A DNA stretch of 25,717 bases from Macrostomum lignano (taxonomy: Eukaryota): NCBI GenBank assembly GCA_002269645.1, contig NIVC01005117.1, forward strand, positions 1 to 25,717. The letters are read 5' to 3'. The notes under the pieces were generated by a model, which was not told where the DNA came from, made no database searches, and saw nothing but the letters and a program-made list of their open reading frames with translations. A program made the translations under genes and the position numbers. Each line of letters starts with the position of its first letter. Within the stretch, counting starts at the first letter, position 1. This document shows positions 1 to 12,033 of the stretch, piece after piece.

Positions 1-362
1 CCGCCTCTCTCATCTCCCATCTCGCTTGCTCAGAGTCCCGCTTCACTCACTCACTCACTCACTTATGCAGTTCTACCCGCCCACATTACCCCTTATCAGG
101 GCGTACTTCATTTTCTCTCCAAGCCTCACCTGCCTGCCAGCTCTCCGGGTTTCGGCAAAGTCAGCGAAGTGTGAAATCAGCGAGTCACCCCAGATTGTAG
201 TTGACTTTACTCACAGCCTGCAAAGTGCTTGCTGCTGATTGAGATTGAGCGCGAGGCTGAGATTCACTCAGCGAGACATTGAGGATGGAGACTATATTGT
301 TTTACATAGAGAGATCGGAGATAAGACTGTGAGATTCACTCCTATACTGCTCAGACTTACAG

Positions 363-586
363 AGATGAGATCGGAGATGAGATCGGAGATGAGATCGGAG
401 ATGAGATCGGAGATGAGATCGGAGATGAGATCGGAGATGAGATCGGAGATGAGATCGGAGATGAGATCGGAGATGAGATCGAGATGAGATCGGAGATGAG
501 ATCGGAAGATGAGATCGGAGATTAGATCGGAGATGAGATCGGAGATGAGATCGGAGATGAGATCGGAGATGAGATCGGAGATGAGA
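363..586. repeat. 12-bp minisatellite (AGATGAGATCGG)n, ~18 copies
   Basis: Direct tandem periodicity with a few indels or substitutions near 480-530. It produces the spurious (SEMR)n and (SDLI)n ORFs. Confidence 0.95.
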
Positions 587-1315
587 ACTGTGAGATTCAC
601 TCTAACTACTATGCAATAATATCTATAGTACATTTACAAGCCGTAGCTTCGGACATGAGGCTCAGTGACTCGCAAAAATCCTCTGGTAAAAACGTTTCTC
701 CAGAGCATGGCTGAGCAAGTATTCTCTCACTAATCTTATTCTCTTTCTCTCACTCTCAAAATCTCATATTTTCGTATTTGATTTGCCGCCACCCCCCCCC
801 CCCCAATACCGCTGGAGCGGATTTGAACTCAAACTCTAGGGAGAGCTGAAAGAAAGCAATTTTTCTCGCGCCGACCCACGCTCGCCGGCCCCAGTAATGC
901 CAGATTTGATAGCTGAGCAATGCCCGGGCCGGCTGCACTGGGATTTCGGGAGAGTGCGAGCCAAAACTGAGGCGAGCCGGAGCTGCCCTGTTTTATTTTG
1001 AGTCCGGCCCCGAGTTAATTTTCAGCGGCCGGACTGGCTGAAAGAAATAAAAGGAAATGTGGGAAAGAGAAATAGAAGAGGAGACAGGATGGATGAGAGA
1101 GAGAAGGGGGGCAGGCGCCCGATAGGAAACCGGAGACAAGGAGCGGCAGACCGCACGCACAAGGGGGGGGGGTCCAATGGTAACTCGCCGCGAGCCTCGG
1201 CCACACGCTTGAGAAGGCTAATCAGGCACGCCGCTGCTGCTTGAATCTGTGCAGTGCAGATGTAAGCGCGAAGAGCTCAGCGCTTGCTGGTACTCTCGAG
1301 AATTCCGCACATCCT

Positions 1316-2170
1316 GTGTCTCTAGGAATCGATCATGTGTCTTTCTAGGAATCGATCATGTGTCTTTCTAGGAATCGATCATTTGTCTTTCTAGGAATCG
1401 ATCATGTGTCTTTCTAGAATCGATGCATGTATCTTTCTAGGAATCGATCATGTGTCTTTCTAGGAATCGATCATTTGTCTCTAGAATCGATCATGTGTCT
1501 TTCTAGGAATCGATCATGTGTCTTTCTAGAATCAATCATGTGTCTTTCTAGAGTCGATCATGGTGTCTTTCTAGGAGTCGATCATGTGTCGTTCTAGGAA
1601 TCGAGAATTAGTCTTTCTAGGAATCGAGAATGCGTCTTTCTAGGAATGAGAATTAGTCTTTCTAGGAATCGAGAATGCGTCTTTCTAGGAATCGATCATG
1701 TATCTTTCTAGAATCGATCATGTGTCTTTCTAGGAATCGATCATTTGTCTTTCTAGGAATCGATCATGTGTCTTTCTAGGAATCGATCATGTGTCTTTCT
1801 AGGAATCAATCATGTGTCTTTCTAGGAGTCGATCATGTGTCTTTCTAGGAGTCGATCATGTGTCGTTCTAGGAATCGAGAATTAGTCTTTCTAGGAATCG
1901 AGAATGCGTCTTTCTAGGAATCGAGAATGTGTCTTTCTAGGAATCGATCATGTGTCTTTCTAGGAATCGATGTGTCTTTCTCTGAATCGATTTATGTGTC
2001 TTTCTTGGATTCGATCATGTCTTTATAGAATCAAGAATGTGTCTTTCTGTTCAGCGAGAATGTCTTTCTAGAATCGATCATGTGTCTTTCTAGGTATCGA
2101 GAAAGTCTCCGTCTGGGAATAAAAAAGGTGTCTTTCTGGGAATCGAGAATGTGTCTTTCTGGAATTCGGT
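1316..2170. repeat. ~23-bp satellite (TCTTTCTAGGAATCGATCATGTG)n, ~35 copies, with higher-order variant blocks
   Basis: Clear tandem units. A variant series (AATCAATC, GAGTCGATC x2, GTTCTAGG..GAGAATTAG, GAGAATGCG) occurs twice, at ~1525-1680 and ~1800-1910. The array degenerates after ~1970. Confidence 0.95.
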
Positions 2171-3847
2171 TTCGAAATAAAAATAATTTAGTATATTACG
2201 GTCCTAGACTTCAGATTGCGTCGGATGGCCGGATGAGGGTCGCCGATGCCTCCTCTGCGAACCTGCCGACTATTGGCGCCGGCTGGGCGCATCCGCTAGG
2301 TTGAACCTTGTATATTTTACCTTGGGGTTGCGATAGGAACCTTGCGGCCTAATCACGGCCCCTTCAGCAGTAAGTACGTTGGCTCCCGACGCAGTTGCAG
2401 CCAGTCCATTGAAAACTGGCATCTATTGTTTTGTCCCACCACCCCCACTCCTCTTGTCAGTCAGTTTCTCCATTCGAGGGAAATACGTGTGCGACTTGAC
2501 TGTAGGAAATCCCCTACCAAGCGTGGAGAGACAGATCGAGAGGCTGGTAAAGGAAATTGAAACAAGTATTGGCTGCTGGTAGATCATTTTTTCTCTTTAT
2601 TTCAGCCGGGTAGGATGAAGCCAATGGACTCCTATTGGCCGTTATAGTTGCTGGGTGGGAGCGATGAGGATGGATTGAAGGTTGGCCCGATGGGAGCAGG
2701 TTCCCCCCCCCCCCCCCCCCCCACACAAGAAAGCACCTTTCATGCGCCGGCTTGCGAGCGAGTAAGCGGCAGCGCCGCACGCAGGAAGGAGACTGGAGGA
2801 TGGAGCAATTTCTCTGCCCTCTTTACCACCCCCACCCTCAGATCCCGCCAAATCCACCGGCCAGGCTGACGGGCCAGTCAAGGGGGTATTAGGCGAGCCA
2901 AGTCGCTCACGGAGGTCGAGAGAGAAAAAAGAAAAGGAGGGAGAGAAAGAGAGGCAGGGAGCCGCTGAGAAGCTTGAAATAGAACGAGGCAGCCGTCCGA
3001 CGACGCAGCAACTTCAACTTCTTCAACAGCGGCCATCCCGCCTGTTTTCTATCGCCACTCTTCTCTCTCTCTCTCTCTGTGTGTCTGTCTGCCTGTCCGG
3101 CCTTACCGCTTCACTGAAGGCTCCGTCCGCAAGAAGGAAAAGCAGAAAAGGAGAAAAAGGAGCTGCCTCGAGGCTCGCAGCGGGCGAAGAGACCTGGAGA
3201 AGGGATCAGTATTCAGAAAGTCTACGGATCGGACTTCCTTCCAGCCCGTGCCCAGGCTCCGTTTGCCTCCCCATCAGTCCAGACAGGGCTTCACTTTACT
3301 TCTCAGCTCTTTTACCCTTTCAAGCCTTACCTCTTCTCCCTTCTCTCTCCGTAATCCCAGGACTGAGGGTGAGGCAGCGGCAAGGGAACAGTCGGGCATC
3401 CGGTTTCCCAATCCCCGGCTGTGCGGGACAAAGAAGCGCGGCCGGCCAGCAAAAGCAAATCAGAGCAGGCCTCGTCTCGGCACCAGCATCAGAAGTTTGC
3501 ATCCTCACTGGCAGTCGGCGACAGTCCAACGCGAGAGGCGCTTCCAGAGTGCGGTAAGACTCAAAAGTGGAAAGCTGTATACCCAGGCGCGGATTACTCT
3601 GCCCCTCTGCTCAGCTGTGCTCAGCTCAACCTCTCGCAGCCCGCTTCAAATACTATCATCATCATGTTTCTTCTTTGTGTCACAAGGCTGCCACGCCCAC
3701 TGGGTAGAGAGCAGGCAGAGACACGGAGGGCAAAGAAGAGAGGGGAATGGAACGGCCGGGAAGACTCGTTGCGAAAGAAACAGACGGACAAGAAGCGTTT
3801 GTTCTTTGCAGCTCTGTGCGCCCGCCCGCTCTGTGCACTGGGCTATG

Positions 3848-4432
<585 letters not shown>

Positions 4433-5067
4433 CACTGTCCTATTTCTCCTATTTCTGCATTAGCAGACCTGCTTGACCTGCACAAAAGCGAGCTGGAATA
4501 GCAAACGGGAAGCGCAGAGTCGACCAGCTGGTTCATCCCCCTTTTTGCAGCGTTTCAAGATCAAAAAGTCCGTGTCCTATTACCTAATTTCAGCCCGCCA
4601 TGCAGTCTCCCTCTGGTCCGTGATTTTTTTCTGCTTCTTTTCCCCACCCTCCAGGTCTGCCTGCGCAGCCTGCCGCCACACAGCCGCCACAGCCGCCGCC
4701 ACCGCTGCTGCTGCCGCTGCTGTTGTTGTAGAAGAGGGACGTTGGGCCACTGATTGCCCGGACCGCTCCGGCAGCCAGGAGAGATTGTGTCCCCACTTCC
4801 CCGGGGCCAGCCCGGGATTGCCCCCTATTCCTCCCCCAGTCCCCCTCTCTCTCTCTCGCCCTGACCCGCGGAAACCACCGGGCGTCCTTTCGGTTCAGCG
4901 CCAAAAACTCTCCTGGCCTCAGATCCGCCCTCTTTCTTTGCCCTGCAGCGAATTGGCTCGGTCAAAGCTGCCCCTCCTCTTCTCTCCGCCAACGCGCTCT
5001 CTCCGCTGGCCCCGTCGCCACCCCCTCACCGCCAGGAAGAGGAGGAGGCGGCAAAGCGCGACCCGTC

Positions 5068-6408
5068 ATGAATTCTGACGAGCCGGTAGTTCGTCTGGCG
5101 AAGGCGGAGTTTCTCAGGGCGCTGGACACATCGGCGCGGAATTACACAACCGGCAGAAACTTCGGCGTCGGCGGAGGCGGCGGCGGCGTCGGTGGTGTCC
5201 CCAATCGAACGCACGCAGCATTCTCGGTGCCGCCCCCGGCAGTTGCCATGGCGACAACAATCAACTCGCTGATCCCGGCTCCGCCAACTTCGCCTAGTAG
5301 CCGGCCGCCAACCCCGGTGCTGCTCTATTCGCTCGGGTTCGGCCTGGCCGGCCTGACGCTGGTTGCTCAGCTGGCGCTCGCCCTGCTGGCCATCGCGCGG
5401 GCCTGCGGGCGCCGGCGCCGACAGCACGCCGACTGCCTCTACGGCCTGTGCGCCCACGCCGCTATCATCGGCGCTGTCCAAGGCGGCTACGTGACGGTGA
5501 CGCACACTTTGCTGCTGGCCCGCGGTCCGGAGGGCCTGGCCGACCCGCTGTGGCGCGTCAACTGCAAGGCCTACCTGTTCTGCCGCTCCCTGCTCCCAGG
5601 GCTGTTCCTGCACCTGCTCGCCAGCGTCGGCGTGGCCTTCAAGACCATCCGGTACCCCGCCAGGCGCTGCTCCAGCAGCCTCTGCGGCAGGGCGGGCGGC
5701 CTGGCCGTGCACTGCCTGCCTTGGGCGATGTGCAGCGGCGCCCTGCTTCCGGCTTTAGTGCTGCACAAAGACGTCACCGAGGCCGCGATTCGAGCGGGTC
5801 GCTGCACCGTCCCGGAGCTCTGGCCTTGGCTGGCGCCACTGCTGGTGCTGTTCGGCCTACCGCAGGTGGCGCTGCTGCTGCTCACCTGTCTTCTCTGCGC
5901 TTTCCGGCCCTACGCCACCGGCGATGAAGACGAAGATGCCGACGACTCGCTGGAGGATGCGGCCAACAACGGCGAGGGCGAGCTACGGCCGCCGGGCTAC
6001 CTGCCGGCTGCCAACCACCTGAACCAGGGGCAGCCGCAGTCGCCGCAGTCGCGCACTCTGCTCCGCGGCCGCCCGATGCGCATCGCCCGCCTGCTGCTGA
6101 TTGTGCTCAACTGTCTTGAGGCGGCCACCCAGCTGCCTTACTCCATCATCAGTCTGCTGCAGACTGTGCTGCGAAACCGGCAGGCCAGGCATCTCATACC
6201 GGATGACACAGTTGACATTGCATTCTGGCTGCACATGGCCTTCTTCCCCGTGGCCAGCGTGTTCCTGGCGGCCCTGGTGGTCCAGCTGGACAAGGCCTAC
6301 CAGCTCACCGAGCGGGATCTGCACCAGAGAGGCGGTGCGAAACCGTCCAGAGGCGGAGGCGGGCCAGACGAAGTTCTGTACACGGCCAGCATGCTGTCTT
6401 CGGTGTGA
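5068..6408 (+). CDS. Orphan class A-like (rhodopsin-type) 7TM receptor, 446 aa, single exon, atypical motifs
   Basis: GC-rich 446-codon ORF with seven hydrophobic segments at GPCR spacing. It has an N-terminal sequon (N25-Y-T), a Cys at the start of TM3 (WRVNCKAY) plus an ECL2 Cys (GRCT), TM4 W...P (LPW..LLP), TM5 FGLP, TM6 QLPY and TM7 FP. The DRY and NPxxY motifs are not conserved. Confidence 0.8.
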   Translation: MNSDEPVVRLAKAEFLRALDTSARNYTTGRNFGVGGGGGGVGGVPNRTHAAFSVPPPAVAMATTINSLIPAPPTSPSSRPPTPVLLYSLGFGLAGLTLVAQLALALLAIARACGRRRRQHADCLYGLCAHAAIIGAVQGGYVTVTHTLLLARGPEGLADPLWRVNCKAYLFCRSLLPGLFLHLLASVGVAFKTIRYPARRCSSSLCGRAGGLAVHCLPWAMCSGALLPALVLHKDVTEAAIRAGRCTVPELWPWLAPLLVLFGLPQVALLLLTCLLCAFRPYATGDEDEDADDSLEDAANNGEGELRPPGYLPAANHLNQGQPQSPQSRTLLRGRPMRIARLLLIVLNCLEAATQLPYSIISLLQTVLRNRQARHLIPDDTVDIAFWLHMAFFPVASVFLAALVVQLDKAYQLTERDLHQRGGAKPSRGGGGPDEVLYTASMLSSV

Positions 6409-6441
6409 CCTCACTTTGAGATCCGCAAAACTGTTTCACGG

Positions 6442-6667
6442 CAGCCTGAGTGCTCAGTCGGTGTGACACACAGCAGCCTGAGTGCTCAGTCGGTGTGACA
6501 CACAGCAGCCTGAGTGCTCAGTCGGTGTGACACACAGCAGCCTGAGTGCTCAGTCGGTGTGACACACAGCAGCCTGAGTGCTCAGTCGGTGTGACACACA
6601 GCAGCCTGAGTGCTCAGTCGGTGTGACACACAGCAGCCTGAGTGCTCAGTCGGTGTGACACGCAGCA
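6442..6667. repeat. 32-bp minisatellite (CAGCCTGAGTGCTCAGTCGGTGTGACACACAG) x7 in the presumed GPCR 3' UTR
   Basis: Near-perfect units start at 6442, 6474, 6506, 6538, 6570, 6602 and 6634. Confidence 0.97.
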
Positions 6668-7475
6668 TTAGTAAAAATCCCCTATACAATTTATCCGATT
6701 TCGTCCTGCTAGTCAATTTCGCGAATTGTCTATTGAGTATTTCATATTCTGATCAACAAATTCGTGACCTCTCTCTCTCTCTCTCAATGTTAATGAGTTT
6801 CTCAAAAAAAAATTAGACACTGCTTTTTTACGATGAGGCACGAGAATGCACAAATACAGTTGTGTAGCATATTTGGCATCGCGCTTCAATGCTTGCGTCA
6901 AATTAATTATTTATAGCATAATTCATTGTATAATCCTGAATACGACACGTTCATGAAGAAATTTAGAAAGCAGAAATGTGTTTGTTTCCGAGAAATTTCT
7001 GCGCGAGTCTTTTTTTGCCAAGCATTCAAGAGATCCAGTGAGGGAGTTTCTTGTGAACAAAAATCGCTTTGAGATCTCCCTTTCATTCCCAGAACGCCTC
7101 GGTGAGGCGCCGGCCACTCGGCCGGCATGAGGGCTCCGCCAGATTGCGAAGCAGTCTCTCTCTTTACACGTTTCCTTTAGTCCTGCCAAACCCGTCTCAG
7201 GTTCCCTTGAGAAATTGATGGAATGGGACGGAGAGGGAGAGGCGCCCGGCCTGTTCCACGGCAGAGGGGGCCGAGAGTCGCGGGACTTCAGCCCTCGAAT
7301 TTCCAGCATCCTCCCTCAGCGCCCACGCCTCATCTGTCCGAGGGCACACGATGGGAGCGAAGCGAAAGCCCAACATACGGACGGGATACAAACTGGGTGG
7401 GATTAGTGGTTTCGCTTTTCCTGTGTGCTTGAGGTTGCCACGGGCACAAAGACAAAAGTTCCGCAGCAGCCCTGA

Positions 7476-9450
<1,975 letters not shown>

Positions 9451-10320
9451 ATCCATGATATCGCTTTATCCGCATTTTACTGTGATCTATCATTTATCAG
9501 AAATTTCAGAAACATCAGAAAAGGCTATGCTTTGCAATCTGTCAAAAAAGATGCCAGCTATAAATCATCCGCAATGCCTCTCAGGTCTCCGGCCCCATCA
9601 AAACCAGAGGGGCGGAGCACTAAGGGGTCGCAGCGAGGCTGAGGCCCGGGCACAAAAATCGAGTTAGCAATGCAAAGCGCAACGCCTTCTAGCTCACGAG
9701 GCTCGGCCTAAATACGAGTAAGAAGCTGCGAGCGCCTTCGCCTTCATCATCTACTTTGCCCCCCCCTCTCCCCTGTTCTCAGCATCCCTTCAGTGCCCAT
9801 TATTTCTCTAATTATACTATAGGCCGCTCCCCACGTGGCCCCTCTGTTGCTAAGGCAGATGAAGCAAAGCAGATTTTCTCCCGAGTTAGAAAAAAATAAA
9901 GTTGCGGAAGCAAGCGCTGAAGGCTCCTCCAAGGTGGAGGGCCTGGCGGGGAGCGGCACCCGATCCTAAGCCGATTAGCCAAGAATTCTTTGCGAAAAGA
10001 CTGCTTAAATTCTTCCTCACAAATTGGAACTCTTTGAAACTGATTTGCTAAATTTAAATGGTTCGAGACTGTACACCCTGTGTGAGCGTCTGCGTGCCTG
10101 CCTACAGTATTGGCGCTTGTACGCTTTTATGTGATCAGAAGTCAGCGTAAAGGGCTGTGGGACGATGTCATCGCAGTCGTTGCGCCAGGGTGCCCCCACA
10201 GCCGTCTTGCAATTATTATTTTATTATTAAACATCTTTCAGCCTACTTCCAGTAGGAAGCAAGGAATATACTTTAAAGGAAGGAGCCTGACCTCAATTTT
10301 CAAGGAATGCATGTAGAACA

Positions 10321-10621
10321 GGGGTTGCAGCCTAGTGGTTAGAGCGTCGGACTAGCGATTTGAAGGTCGGGGGTTCGATTCCCGATCCCACTGGAAAAAA
10401 TAGTGTCCTTGAGCAAGACACTTAACTCTGCATTGCTTCAGTTCACCCAGATGTAAAATGGGTGCCAGCATTAGCTGGGGTAATTGAGGGTGTGTGGCGA
10501 CCCCCCAGTCCTTGGACTGAACAGCCGTACGCAGCCTTCAGATGCGCCGCGCAATAGCTGCGGCTGAGCTGTCGGTTGCACAGCTGGCCCAAATAGGGCA
10601 GGTGTAATCAATTATTATCAA
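10321..10621 (+). mobile_element. tRNA-derived CORE-type SINE, apparently full length (~300 bp)
   Basis: tRNA-like head with box A (AGCCTAGTGG) and box B (GGTTCGATTCC). At 10402-10462, AGTGTCCTTGAGCAAGACACTTAACTCTGCATTGCTTCAGTTCACCCAGATGTAAAATGGG aligns without gaps at about 70% to the recalled MIR CORE consensus. It ends in a short ATTATTAT tail and has a candidate TSD ATGTAGAA at 10311-10318 and 10622-10629. Confidence 0.85.
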
Positions 10622-11199
10622 ATGTAGAAAGCTAATTTTTTTCGCAATTTAATCGTTAAACGTGCGAAGCTTGGTGCAAAATAAAAATATTAGGTATATA
10701 TTCCAGTTTTAAAGTTACTGCTGTCCTCTTATTGACCACAAATATGAATATACACATTAACTTCAGAGCATTACGCCTACAAAAAACAAACAGGCCTTGA
10801 CAACGGGCTTGCCAGTCCTCATAAACCATTGAGTTGCTCTGTCAATGCTGCCTTAAATAGGAGCAATTATTGCACAACTGTTTCAGTTGTCAACAAGATA
10901 ATTAGCTAATTAGCTAGTTAGAACACTTTGTTATGCAGAATTTTCCTGTCTCCAAAAGCTTCTAGCTAGCTTTAATTTTGATTAATATTACACAGGAAAA
11001 CAGCGTACCATTGCCATAATTACAGTCTGCAGATTTGCTCCGTAGAAAAGGTTGGAAATCAGATGGAAGGCGAGGGCTGCCGACAGTCGGGACTTTAGCC
11101 CAACTAAATTCTTTCTGCTTTCTTTATTTCTTACTTTCCTTTCTAACTTTCTCCATGTTAATCCGAGTGGCGACAACGGTGGTGGTGGGTGTCATGGGG

Positions 11200-11532
11200 T
11201 GTAGCTGGCGCCCCTTCTGTAACTGGCGCCACCTCTGTAGCTGGCGTCCCTCTGTAGCTGGCGCCCCCTCTGTAGCTGGCGCCCCTTCTGTAGCTGGCGC
11301 CCCTTCTGTAGCTGGCGCCACCTCTGTAGCTGGCGTCCCTATTTACCTCGCGACCTTTCTGTAGCTGGCGCCCCTCTGTAGCTGGCGCCCCTTCTGTAGC
11401 TGGCGCCACCTCTGTAGCTGGCGTCCCTCTGTAGCTGGCGCCCCTTCTGTAGCTGGCGCCCCTTCTGTAGCTGGCGCCCCCTCTGTAGCTGGTGTCCCTC
11501 TTTACCTGGCGACCTTTCTGTAGCTGGCGCCC
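11200..11532. repeat. 18-bp minisatellite (CTGTAGCTGGCGCCCCCT)n with a twice-repeated TTTACCT.GCGACCTTT interruption
   Basis: Tandem units that translate as (APATEG)n on the minus strand. The same interruption at ~11340 and ~11500 indicates a block duplication. Confidence 0.95.
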
Positions 11533-12033
11533 CGCCTGAAGGTAGGCGGGTAAAAGGCGTAGCGTATTGTAGACCAGAACACAAAGGAAAATTACTCGAT
11601 CTGTCTATTGACTTGATTGCGCATAACTCAATTAGATGTATTTGCACAGAGTTTCTGTCACAAATTGCCTCTAGATGGTTGCTAGGTTACAAGGCATAAC
11701 AATAGGGCTCATGACTGCCTCTGTTGTACTACGTACACTGTGAGGCCTGCACAGCCCAACTGGTCGACTGTTTGACAGCCAATAACCCCAGAATCCAATT
11801 AGTCGGTGCCCAGTTATTGACTTATCCGCAGCTGCCATGCATGGCCCAAACATGGCCTAATTGGCTGAGCATCGCGGTGGATAGGGGGAGAGAAATGGGA
11901 GCAGAATGTAACGATACAGACTGCGATCCAGTATTTCAGTCACGAAAAAGACTGCGCATACTCCAAGATTGAATTCGAGAAAACTGATACCCAATACATA
12001 GGAAATTGAAAGTTATCGAAGCAGCGACAGGCA

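Noticed and set aside
5026-6466. Overlapping and antisense ORFs across the GPCR (5026-5712, 5448-5927, 5983-6414 and others)
   Set aside because: These are typical shadow ORFs of GC-rich coding sequence with no recognisable domains.
6442-6667. CRISPR-like array (32-bp partly palindromic repeats)
   Set aside because: The units are directly adjacent with no unique spacers, there are no cas genes and the context is eukaryotic.
10321-10392. Functional tRNA-Ala(AGC) gene
   Set aside because: The T-stem and acceptor stem do not pair in canonical register and the D-stem has a mismatch. The sequence continues straight into a SINE CORE domain.
11724-11972. 82-aa ORF upstream of TRPV-like copy 1
   Set aside because: It starts at a non-ATG codon, has no recognisable motif and has no counterpart upstream of copy 2.
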